From: Gordius albopunctatus
Taxonomy: Eukaryota
Assembly (NCBI GenBank): GCA_964276515.1
Contig: OZ193909.1
Span: 310,001 to 374,000, forward strand
Length of the DNA: 64,000 bases
Reading direction: 5' to 3'
How positions within the stretch are numbered: the stretch's first letter is position 1; each line of letters opens with the position of its first letter. Both the position numbers and the translations under genes were made by a program. This document shows positions 49,687-61,913 of the stretch, piece after piece. The notes beneath the pieces were generated by a model, which saw only the letters and a program-made list of their open reading frames with translations, searched no databases and had not been told where the DNA came from.

Positions 49687-52600
49687 CATAGACTAATAAT
49701 ACCATAGACTGCCGAACAGCTGTTTTTTACATTAATATAAAAAAGTAACCTAGGAAGTCGCCCAAGTGGAAATTCTTGAAATTAAGGTAAAATTAAAATT
49801 GATAAATTTAAAACAAATTTTTTAGGAATATGAGGTCTTGCTCAGTAAAGAACTGCATATCTTACCTTAACAAAGAAAATAGCAAAAGTCTGTCATTTCA
49901 TAAGTAATTATAAATAAATTTATGTATATTTTTAGATTTCCAAAAGATCCAGAGATTTTGTCCAAATGGATTAAATTGATGGGCCCTAAATTTAAATTGA
50001 AACAACATTCAAGTATATGCAGTAAGCACTTTCAACCCCAGGATTTTATTAAAAATAGAAGTAAAAATTATCTCAAAAAAATAGTGTGCCATCGGTGCCA
50101 TCTCTGTATTTGTTAGAAGTAATTATTAAATCTTAATACAATTTAACTAGAACAGTCTCTTGATCGTGGAAATACTGAGCTATGCCAGACTTTATTGAAT
50201 CAGTCTCTAGATCAAGGAAATACCGAGCCATCCCAAAATTTATTCAAGGTAAATATTAAATCAGAATTAAATTCAACTAGATCAGTCATCAGGATTAACA
50301 GATGTAACAAATGTTCCCCCAAAGCAAGTAAATAATTAGATACATTATCATATTTTTTTCCTGTTATTTTATAAACTGTATATTATCGTTATAATATATA
50401 AACATATAATAAAATCATAAATTTAGATCTTAAATATCTTCCCCAAGATAATGAGCAAAACATTAAATACAAGTAATTTTAATTTGTAAATTTTCATTAA
50501 AATTTATTTTAGTAATGCAAGATCATTCATATGCAATGAGTTTTAAGAAAGAAAGGAGAAGGGACATGCTTATAAAGTATTTAAAAAGAACTGTGAAAAC
50601 TCTAAAAAATAAGAATTATCGTCAATTAAAGAAACTCAAGACTCTTAAAGATTTGGCTGCTCATCTTGAGAGCAAAGCATTAATTCCAGGAGAAGGGGGT
50701 GATATTATTACCAATTATTTTGGTGATACTCCTCTGACTTCAATACTAAATACACACTTGAAATCTGGTGGTGTTTATAATCCCTTAAACAAAGCTTATT
50801 CTGAAGAAATGAAAAGATTCGCAATAACCCTTCATTACTACTCACCTCAAGCCTACAAGTATATTCGGAGTGTCATTTGTATGCCAACGGAGAGCTCTAT
50901 TAGAAAATGGTGTGTAAATGACAACATAAAGCCAGGTACATATACATTTTAAATATCTTTTATGTGTAGAATGCTTATTTCAAAATCTATATATTTTATT
51001 TTCAGGGTTTTTAAAAGAAGCTTTTAATATATTAAAAGATTTACAAGCCAATGTAACATATCAACTATATATTTCCCTGACATTAGATGAAATGGCCATC
51101 AGACGCCATCTAGATTATAAAAAAGGCTTTGAAAGGTATCAAGGAGTTAAATTTTTTTTTTAATATGTTTTAGGTGTGTGGACGTAGGCCAGGGGATACC
51201 ATCAAATTTGCTCCCAGAAGCCAAAAGTGCTTTATTTATAATGGCAGTTGCCATTAATGGCCACTGGAAGATACCCCTTGGGTATTTCCTTGTGGGTAGT
51301 GTCACTGCCCAGTTACAAGTAACCCTGATAAAAGATACACTAGAGCTGTTAAAAGATTGTGGGGTCATTTGCAAAAATCTGACCTGTGACGGACTATCAG
51401 CCAACAAAAGGATGGCAGAAAATTTGGGGGTATGCAATTTATTTACACAAGCTCTTAGTACATGTATTGATTAATATTTTTATTTCCTGTTTGTTAAATT
51501 TAAGTTGATTGAAATATCAAATTAAATTTCACTACTACATTTAATTTTTTATTCATTGCTTAACATTTTTTAAAATACAATATCTGATTTTTTGTAAAAC
51601 TAAATTTATCAACAGGTATCCTTTGATGTTGAATCTCTGCGTCCTTATTTCATAAACCCCACCTGTACCACTGAAAAAATATATTTTATGTTTGATGCAT
51701 GCCATATGCTCAAACTAGTCAGAAATTTATTTGAGCAAGTCGACTATCTTGTAAATTATGAGGGAAAGGTTTATTCATATTTATTTAAATTATATATATG
51801 TTTGATAGAGAATTGAATGGAAATTTGTTGTAAGGTTGTATCAATTACAACAACAACAAGGGATGAGAGCAGCTAACAAGCTTACCAAACAGCATGTCTA
51901 TTTTCATAATCAAAGGATGAAGGTTGGTTTTTATATCATTTAAATAAACTTATTGAAGGTAAAACTTGCAGCACAGCTCTTTTCAGAATCTGTCGCGAAT
52001 GCTATGGAATTTGCCAGGGATATAGATCCTGTCTCATTCCAGGATTGCCAGGCAACTATTGAGTTTGTCCTTATAATGAATCAGTATGATTATTAATTTG
52101 TTACTAATTTATCTTTAAGACTATTTGATACCCTTAATTCACGGAATGCTCTGCATAAGGGCAATAAAAAGCCTTTATACAAGGAATCCTTAGCTAACTT
52201 AAATGAGTTTTATTTTAATTGTGCAAAATATTTGCGAAGTTTGTGCCTTCCAGACGGAAGACCTGTTATACAATCAAATAAAAAAATAGGAATTTTAGGG
52301 ATGTTAATAGATATGCAAGCAATTCAATTGCTTGCATCTGATCTTTTGGTCAAGACCGAACCTCCTCTAAAGTAATTATATTTATTCTAACCATTTATAA
52401 AAACTTAGGTATCTATTGACTTATAAACTTTCCCAAGACCACCTAGAAAGTTTTTTTGGGTTAATCAGGGCCCGAGGTTATAACAATAACAATCCTTCGG
52501 CTACACAATTGCGTCAAGCATTAAACAAAATTTTTTTAACTAAAATATATTACCCCTTCTCCGGAAACTCTTCTCCGCAGGATGCAACATCTATTGCTGA

Positions 52601-53460
52601 TGCAAGTTTTATCGAGCCTAATGAGGATTTGAATGAACTAGAAGATATAAATTACGCCGAAATAAATATCAATTTAATTTCACCTTATATTTCATGTATT
52701 TCTTCTTATATCGGTGGATACATTGTGAGGCAAATGATTTTGCGCAAAAAAGTAACTTGTAAAATTTGTATTAAATCATTAATTAATTGTCAACCCCATT
52801 TATCTTTAGATTATCTATTAATTAATTTAAAAAACAAAGGTGGACTAATTGTCCCGTCCACTGATGTTATTAAGATTTGCAAATATACCCAATTAATATT
52901 TCAAGTTTTAAAAAATAAAAATAAACTTTTTTCTAAAAGCATTTTATTTATAATAGAAATTAAGGTTTTTCATTCATTAATTGGATCTAACATTTTTTCA
53001 TCTTTAAATAATCATATTGTTGATCAGGAAGTAGGCTCTCTAAATCATTTACAATTATTAGTTAAATTAATAGTTAATACATATAGCAAAATTTTATTTC
53101 ATAATTTTTGCAATATTTCTAACCAAGAATTTAAAAGTAACATTAGGCAAAAATTAAATAAAACTATTATTTTTACGGGACAGTAATTTTTTTTATTCAC
53201 AATTAGTTAATTTATTAATATATATTTACTTGTTAAATCTTGCATGATGCCCGGTATCGTTTTATGTAAAATTGTATCTTTTTTGATTAATACTTCAAAT
53301 AAAATATATTATAGATGGCGCTATATTTATATTTCTCTTTATCATTCTAAATCGTAAAATATTCGTTTTTTCTTAAAATATTTTTCAAAATGATAAAGAG
53401 AAATATAAATATAGCGCCATCTATAATATATTTTATTTAAATTTTTAATCAAAAAAGATA
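49687..53460 (+). mobile_element. P-element (THAP9-like) transposon, left copy; spliced transposase gene 49830..53186, frameshifted in an A run near 50080
   Basis: CAT- terminus. THAP domain (MRSCSVKNC..SFHKFP..W..ICSKHF..VPS), LDEMAI, TCDG, FDACHMLKLVRN, MKVKLAAQLFS and SQDHLESFFG, with about 11 GT-AG introns. The 3' terminus was not found before the gap. Confidence 0.9.
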
Positions 53461-54548
53461 CTTTATGTTTAATATATTAAATTATATAACAATTGCTGAT
53501 GCAACTAGGAATATTTGAGTACGTCTTCATAACTTTTAACGTATTGGAAATTTTAAAGCAAAATAAAATATAATAGACATAATATCATACTATATGTAAC
53601 TTTAATATAATTAATATATATATAAATACATATTTATGAACATTATTTCGACATATAAAATGCTTTAGATTACGTAGTCTTTCTATATTGGCAAAAACAT
53701 ATATGTTATAAATGTTAGGTATTTATTTAAACTTTAATTTGTTGAAAAATAAACAAATAAATTATAACACTTTCACCGAAATTTGTAATGCAAATAAAAG
53801 TGCTTTATGTTTAATATATTAAATTATATAATAATTTCTAATGCAACTAGGACTCTATTCAGAATTTTTTATTTCTGGATTTATGAAAATTTAAGAAAGA
53901 GCTACAATAAATTAACAAATTAACCCATGTTTTGAATCTTAAACTCAAGGCGAAATTCGTTACATGTGCATAAGTCGTAAAAGAAAAAACCAATGGAAGG
54001 TAAATAACACGGTTCAACAAGAAAAATTGACAGGCAAACAAACTGCTTGTAGAGTTTTTCGCGGTGAACACTAATATATATTTAATAAAATCTCTCATTC
54101 AATCAAAGTTGCTAAAAACAACAATATTGGTGTTTTTATTTTAATAAATTTTACTTATAAATGAAGGGGAGAGGAATCTATTAAATCCTTGATAATTTAA
54201 TAAACATCAAATCTAATATAAATTGGAACATTAACCTTTGTTTATACATTATAAAAAACAAATAAAAATCTAATTGATTTAACGAGCCTTTCGCGGGCCC
54301 TACGTCTATCTAAGCCGCCCCGAGCCAGTAAAGTTTGATTAAGGCTCGTCCAGGCACGGCCCGTTATTTTATTGCAATCAAAAGTCCGTGCAAGTCCGGT
54401 GTAATGATCTGAAACGTCGACATTTAAAAAACGACGACGCTCAATTGAACATTCCTATTGGTTAATATGGCATAATAACGAGTTATATGCCATATCACGT
54501 GATCTTCCTAAAAGCACAATAGGTTAGTTTTGGCACAAAATTGACCGT

Positions 54549-54748
54549 NNNNNNNNNNNNNNNNNNNNNNNNNNNNNNNNNNNNNNNNNNNNNNNNNNNN
54601 NNNNNNNNNNNNNNNNNNNNNNNNNNNNNNNNNNNNNNNNNNNNNNNNNNNNNNNNNNNNNNNNNNNNNNNNNNNNNNNNNNNNNNNNNNNNNNNNNNNN
54701 NNNNNNNNNNNNNNNNNNNNNNNNNNNNNNNNNNNNNNNNNNNNNNNN
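54549..54748. other. Assembly gap (200 N)
   Basis: Run of N. Confidence 1.
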
Positions 54749-54977
54749 AAAACTATTATTTTTACGGGACAGTAATTTTTTTTATTCACAATTAGTTAAT
54801 TTATTAATATATATTTACTTGTTAAATCTTGCATGATGCCCGGTATCGTTTTATGTAAAATTGTATCTTTTTTGATTAATACTTCAAATAAAATATATTA
54901 TAGATGGCGCTATATTTATATTTCTCTTTATCATTCTAAATCGTAAAATATTCGTTTTTTCTTAAAATATTTTTCAA

Positions 54978-57900
54978 AATGATAAAGAGAAATATAAATA
55001 TAGCGCCATCTATAATATATTTTATTTGAAGTATTAATCAAAAAAGATACAATTTTACATAAAACGATACCGGGCATCATGCAAGATTTAACAAGTAAAT
55101 ATATATTAATAAATTAACTAATTGTGAATAAAAAAAATTACTGTCCCGTAAAAATAATAGTTTTATTTAATTTTTGCCTAATGTTACTTTTAAATTCTTG
55201 GTTAGAAATATTGCAAAAATTATGAAATAAAATTTTGCTATATGTATTAACTATTAATTTAACTAATAATTGTAAATGATTTAGAGAGCCTACTTCCTGA
55301 TCAACAATATGATTATTTAAAGATGAAAAAATGTTAGATCCAATTAATGAATGAAAAACCTTAATTTCTATTATAAATAAAATGCTTTTAGAAAAAAGTT
55401 TATTTTTATTTTTTAAAACTTGAAATATTAATTGGGTATATTTGCAAATCTTAATAACATCAGTGGACGGGACAATTAGTCCACCTTTGTTTTTTAAATT
55501 AATTAATAGATAATCTAAAGATAAATGGGGTTGACAATTAATTAATGATTTAATACAAATTTTACAAGTTACTTTTTTGCGCAAAATCATTTGCCTCACA
55601 ATGTATCCACCGATATAAGAAGAAATACATGAAATATAAGGTGAAATTAAATTGATATTTATTTCGGCGTAATTTATATCTTCTAGTTCATTCAAATCCT
55701 CATTAGGCTCGATAAAACTTGCATCAGCAATAGATGTTGCATCCTGCGGAGAAGAGTTTCCGGAGAAGGGGTAATATATTTTAGTTAAAAAAATTTTGTT
55801 TAATGCTTGACGCAATTGTGTAGCCGAAGGATTGTTATTGTTATAACCTCGGGCCCTGATTAACCCAAAAAAACTTTCTAGGTGGTCTTGGGAAAGTTTA
55901 TAAGTCAATAGATACCTAAGTTTTTATAAATGGTTAGAATAAATATAATTACTTTAGAGGAGGTTCGGTCTTGACCAAAAGATCAGATGCAAGCAATTGA
56001 ATTGCTTGCATATCTATTAACATCCCTAAAATTCCTATTTTTTTATTTGATTGTATAACAGGTCTTCCGTCTGGAAGGCACAAACTTCGCAAATATTTTG
56101 CACAATTAAAATAAAACTCATTTAAGTTAGCTAAGGATTCCTTGTATAAAGGCTTTTTATTGCCCTTATGCAGAGCATTCCGTGAATTAAGGGTATCAAA
56201 TAGTCTTAAAGATAAATTAGTAACAAATTAATAATCATACTGATTCATTATAAGGACAAACTCAATAGTTGCCTGGCAATCCTGGAATGAGACAGGATCT
56301 ATATCCCTGGCAAATTCCATAGCATTCGCGACAGATTCTGAAAAGAGCTGTGCTGCAAGTTTTACCTTCAATAAGTTTATTTAAATGATATAAAAACCAA
56401 CCTTCATCCTTTGATTATGAAAATAGACATGCTGTTTGGTAAGCTTGTTAGCTGCTCTCATCCCTTGTTGTTGTTGTAATTGATACAACCTTACAACAAA
56501 TTTCCATTCAATTCTCTATCAAACATATATATAATTTAAATAAATATGAATAAACCTTTCCCTCATAATTTACAAGATAGTCGACTTGCTCAAATAAATT
56601 TCTGACTAGTTTGAGCATATGGCATGCATCAAACATAAAATATATTTTTTCAGTGGTACAGGTGGGGTTTATGAAATAAGGACGCAGAGATTCAACATCA
56701 AAGGATACCTGTTGATAAATTTAGTTTTACAAAAAATCAGATATTGTATTTTAAAAAATGTTAAGCAATGAATAAAAAATTAAATGTAGTAGTGAAATTT
56801 AATTTGATATTTCAATCAACTTAAATTTAACAAACAGGAAATAAAAATATTAATCAATACATGTACTAAGAGCTTGTGTAAATAAATTGCATACCCCCAA
56901 ATTTTCTGCCATCCTTTTGTTGGCTGATAGTCCGTCACAGGTCAGATTTTTGCAAATGACCCCACAATCTTTTAACAGCTCTAGTGTATCTTTTATCAGG
57001 GTTACTTGTAACTGGGCAGTGACACTACCCACAAGGAAATACCCAAGGGGTATCTTCCAGTGGCCATTAATGGCAACTGCCATTATAAATAAAGCACTTT
57101 TGGCTTCTGGGAGCAAATTTGATGGTATCCCCTGGCCTACGTCCACACACCTAAAACATATTAAAAAAAAAATTTAACTCCTTGATACCTTTCAAAGCCT
57201 TTTTTATAATCTAGATGGCGTCTGATGGCCATTTCATCTAATGTCAGGGAAATATATAGTTGATATGTTACATTGGCTTGTAAATCTTTTAATATATTAA
57301 AAGCTTCTTTTAAAAACCCTGAAAATAAAATATATAGATTTTGAAATAAGCATTCTACACATAAAAGATATTTAAAATGTATATGTACCTGGCTTTATGT
57401 TGTCATTTACACACCATTTTCTAATAGAGCTCTCCGTTGGCATACAAATGACACTCCGAATATACTTGTAGGCTTGAGGTGAGTAGTAATGAAGGGTTAT
57501 TGCGAATCTTTTCATTTCTTCAGAATAAGCTTTGTTTAAGGGATTATAAACACCACCAGATTTCAAGTGTGTATTTAGTATTGAAGTCAGAGGAGTATCA
57601 CCAAAATAATTGGTAATAATATCACCCCCTTCTCCTGGAATTAATGCTTTGCTCTCAAGATGAGCAGCCAAATCTTTAAGAGTCTTGAGTTTCTTTAATT
57701 GACGATAATTCTTATTTTTTAGAGTTTTCACAGTTCTTTTTAAATACTTTATAAGCATGTCCCTTCTCCTTTCTTTCTTAAAACTCATTGCATATGAATG
57801 ATCTTGCATTACTAAAATAAATTTTAATGAAAATTTACAAATTAAAATTACTTGTATTTAATGTTTTGCTCATTATCTTGGGGAAGATATTTAAGATCTA

Positions 57901-58638
57901 AATTTATGATTTTATTATATGTTTATATATTATAACGATAATATACAGTTTATAAAATAACAGGAAAAAAATATGATAATGTATCTAATTATTTACTTGC
58001 TTTGGGGGAACATTTGTTACATCTGTTAATCCTGATGACTGATCTAGTTGAATTTAATTCTGATTTAATATTTACCTTGAATAAATTTTGGGATGGCTCG
58101 GTATTTCCTTGATCTAGAGACTGATTCAATAAAGTCTGGCATAGCTCAGTATTTCCACGATCAAGAGACTGTTCTAGTTAAATTGTATTAAGATTTAATA
58201 ATTACTTCTAACAAATACAGAGATGGCACCGATGGCACACTATTTTTTTTGAGATAATTTTTACTTCTATTTTTAATAAAATCCTGGGGTTGAAAGTGCT
58301 TACTGCATATACTTGAATGTTGTTTCAATTTAAATTTAGGGCCCATCAATTTAATCCATTTGGACAAAATCTCTGGATCTTTTGGAAATCTAAAAATATA
58401 CATAAATTTATTTATAATTACTTATGAAATGACAGACTTTTGCTATTTTCTTTGTTAAGGTAAGATATGCAGTTCTTTACTGAGCAAGACCTCATATTCC
58501 TAAAAAATTTGTTTTAAATTTATCAATTTTAATTTTACCTTAATTTCAAGAATTTCCACTTGGGCGACTTCCTAGGTTACTTTTTTATATTAATGTAAAA
58601 AACAGCTGTTCGGCAGTCTATGGTATTATTAGTCTATG
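54978..58638 (-). mobile_element. P-element (THAP9-like) transposon, inverted copy; apparently intact spliced transposase 55138..~58496
   Basis: Reverse complement of 49687-53346. The ORF translations are identical except for one extra A that restores KKNSVPSVPSL. Ends in ...tagtctatg at 58638. Confidence 0.88.
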
Positions 58639-58689
58639 ATAAAAAAACAGCGAAATAATATATGTAACATATTGTCATTTCTTTTCCAT

Positions 58690-59583
58690 ATGCGTAAAAA
58701 TAAAAACACATGGATTATTGGGAAAAAGGTTATATTAGTCCCATACAAAAAAGAACATGTTGAAAAGTTTAATTTATTATTTAAAAATGTAAGCGACTAA
58801 GGTATCACAATTGGATGAGCAAAGATGAATTGCAGAAGTTAACCGGTAGTAATTATCTTACATTAACTGAAGAATATAACATGTGTCAAACTTGGTTGGA
58901 CGATGAAAATAGTAAATTGAAAAATATTTAATTTCTATATCAGAATGTACTTTTATTATTTTAAATATGGAAAATTTCAAAAATCAAAATGGGTCTCATC
59001 CATTTCAATACTGTAGTTGTGCACAGGCTAATGAAAATTGTTCTTAGTAATATTTTATTCAATCTTTTAATTTTTTTAGTACTAACAAAAATGAGATATC
59101 ATCCATGATAGGAGACATAAATTTATTTTTATCTAATTATGATAATGAAAGTGAATTTTCTGAACTAAATTTAAAGCATCCCATTAGAATGGGGGAGATA
59201 AATCTTATGATAGCAGATTCTATAGATAGAGGAAAGGGTTATGGCACTGAAGCAATATTATTAATGATAAAATACGGAATTGAAGTTTTGGATATAGCTT
59301 TATATTTTGTCAAAATAATAATTAGCAATGAAAGTAGTATAAACCTCTTCAAAAAATTAGGCTTTAAAGAAGTAATGTATAATTATTGAAGTTTTATGTT
59401 ATTATTCTATACATTTTTTATCAGATATCAAAAAGTGATACATTTAATGAAGTCACAATGTCTCTAGAAATAACCAGAGATTATGCCATCTGGTTAGAAA
59501 CAGAAACTCAAAATGCTCAAATTGTAAATAAAGATTTGAATTTGCAATGTTTAAAGCTTTGTTTTTCTGGAAGTATAAATTAA
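58690..59583 (+). CDS. NAT9: N-acetyltransferase 9-like GNAT, multi-exon with short introns
   Basis: MRKNKNTWIIGKKVILVPYKKEHVEK|YHNWM..ELQKLTGS..EEY..W..DE, CTFIIL, MIGDINLFL, GEINLMIA..RGKGYGTEA, N.SSINLFKKLGF, FNEVTM. Confidence 0.92.
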
Positions 59584-59971
59584 AAAATTTTTAACATTTA
59601 AATATAATAATTTTGCCTTTTATGTAAATTAAAAGATGTTGTGCAATGTTTGAAAAATAAATTTCAAATTCTATCCCATTTATTATATACTACACAATAA
59701 AAAGTATTCAACTTCATTGTTTTTGGCTAAAAAGGCAAAAACCTCAATATTTTAGGCAAAAAATTATATATTATTTTTCACTTGCAGTTTTAATCGATGT
59801 TTATTTCCATAAATAAAAGCAACAATTTACAACCATATATTAAATTGACGAAATTTCGCTTCATAATAATTATCCACCAAGATTTCGATGATCGAATCAC
59901 AAATAATTAAGCTTCGTTTTATACAAGAATACACACAAAAATATTTTTGAAATAGGATGTGTCTTATACCG

Positions 59972-61321
59972 CTAATAAAGCACTTGAGATGCCGAACTGT
60001 GACCGAGGTATATGACAGCGGCCAGGATGTTAACGAGCGCGCTTATGGCAAACACAGGATACCACCGACCCCGGCTTTTGACCACCAAATCAGCGGTTAG
60101 AGGCCCACAAATGACGCCGGGCAACGCTCCCAGTGTATTAGCTATGGCAAAAGTAGAGCCAGCGGAGCGTGGCGCTACTTCGGCGTGATTGCTCAAATGG
60201 CCGGCTGAATTGAAGGCGCTAGCACCCATACCTAGAGTCATGAGCGTCATGGCGGCTAGGAGATTGTCGCAAGCGGCGAACGCTAACAAGCAGACAGCCG
60301 GTCCTACCAGGCCCACGAAGGTTGCTGCGCGTCTTACGTATAAAATAGAGCGCGCTCGCGGACTGGTTAAAAGTCGATCTGCTAAATGCCCGGCCCCGAC
60401 TCCGGCCAAAGCGTTAACCGCGTACGGGACCGCGGTTAAGCTTATGTGATCGGAGTCGGCACCCAAGCGAGTCGTTAAATAGGTGGGTAACCAATTGGCA
60501 ACCGTGTAATTGGTCCAATTCATGGCGAAATGAGCTACGTAAATAGCCCACAGGGGCCAGGAAGTAAAGTATATCAACCACCAGGCAGGTGCGAACCGTG
60601 AGCCGCAACCACATACCGCTCCGGAGGCTTTAGAAAGGCCCAAGCCGGGAGAAAGAGTTCCCTCTTCGACCGCTTGAAGTGATAGCAATGGCTGGGCAGC
60701 TGTAGCGCTCGAAAGATTAAGATTGACCGTAGAAGAGGAAGTGGTACTAGTGGCGGCTATAGATCTTCTTTCCTTATAATAGATAGCCCAGAATGAGACC
60801 CAGGCCAAGCCTAAAGCTCCAAACGCGTAAAACATCCAAGGCCAAGGCATGTGGGGCAAGACCAAAGTAGCTATGCATTGACCAGCCGAACCAAAGGCTA
60901 ATAGGTAACCAAAAGCTCGACTTCTTTCGCCCGGTAATAGAGTTAGACTGTAGATATGAAAAATGGCGGGTAAAGCGAAGCCCTCGCCCAAACCCATTAG
61001 CAATCGAGCCGTAACTATTAAGGGTAGACTGGGAACGAGGTAGGGGATGAAAAAAGTAGAAGCTGACCACAGGAAAACTGAAGTTCCTAAAACTAGTTTA
61101 GGTCCTAGCCTAGGAGCAGCTCCGGCTCCTAATAGCTGGGCTGTGAAGAATCCCACTGAAAATGAACTCAACACATAGCCTTGTTGATGTAAGGTCCATC
61201 CCAGCCGGGCTGCCATTGGAACTATGGCTATTGGCATTATAACGCGATCAGCCGAATTTATGAAATTGGCTAGGGAACAGAAGGCAATGATTGTAGTGTA
61301 TGAGGATGGAGATGAGGACAT
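59972..61321 (-). CDS. SLC17/ACS-family MFS anion transporter (SLC17A9/PHT4-like), intronless
   Basis: 449-aa hydrophobic ORF with ADRVIMPIAIVPM, QGYVLSSF, ARLLMGLGEG, ERSRA, WLPTYL, GHLAD and EVAPRSAG..F.IANT. Confidence 0.88.
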   Translation of the reverse strand: MSSSPSSYTTIIAFCSLANFINSADRVIMPIAIVPMAARLGWTLHQQGYVLSSFSVGFFTAQLLGAGAAPRLGPKLVLGTSVFLWSASTFFIPYLVPSLPLIVTARLLMGLGEGFALPAIFHIYSLTLLPGERSRAFGYLLAFGSAGQCIATLVLPHMPWPWMFYAFGALGLAWVSFWAIYYKERRSIAATSTTSSSTVNLNLSSATAAQPLLSLQAVEEGTLSPGLGLSKASGAVCGCGSRFAPAWWLIYFTSWPLWAIYVAHFAMNWTNYTVANWLPTYLTTRLGADSDHISLTAVPYAVNALAGVGAGHLADRLLTSPRARSILYVRRAATFVGLVGPAVCLLAFAACDNLLAAMTLMTLGMGASAFNSAGHLSNHAEVAPRSAGSTFAIANTLGALPGVICGPLTADLVVKSRGRWYPVFAISALVNILAAVIYLGHSSASQVLY

Positions 61322-61913
61322 TTCTGCTTACAAAGGTTGAATAAATTAATTATTGGCAAACATCTGATCAGGTAGTTGGTGCAAATATTGCATTATGATT
61401 TAGTTTGCTCAGATATTCAATCACCTACAATTTTAAACATAAATCTATATGAAATTTTATCAAATCATATTGTAGAATATTCAATAATTTAACCTCAGTA
61501 ACTTAAGTGCTAATTTTAATAAATTAGACAAAAATCAACACTTGTGTAAGTTATTTAGTAAATGGGGATTTAACTGAAAATATGAATAAAGGATTATTTA
61601 TATAACAAATATCTGAAAATAAAAAAAATGCTCTAAATATAATTATCATATTAAAAAATTGTTGAACTTATAAATACAATGAAAACTTATAATAAGTTTC
61701 TTACTCTAATTAAATTAATGTATTTAAATATTAAGCAATTATTTAGCAATTCATCATTGAATACGAGTATTTAAGATAAAAACAAGCTTAATTTTACCAA
61801 AGGTATCATGTTGCTTATGTCGAGTATCAAGTTAACATATTTTTACGTCGTTTGATTACATTTTTCTGAATTAAAATTTTTTTTTGTAAATATTAAAGAC
61901 CAAAGAGTACACA

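Noticed and set aside
49830..53186. Domesticated host THAP9 gene
   Set aside because: It has a P-type terminal repeat and is duplicated, so a transposon is the better explanation.
53310..53425. TAGATGGCGCT pair as convergent CTCF sites
   Set aside because: Only a partial motif match, and it is explained by the transposon-internal hairpin.
54508..54795. ORFs spanning the N run
   Set aside because: Artefact of the gap.
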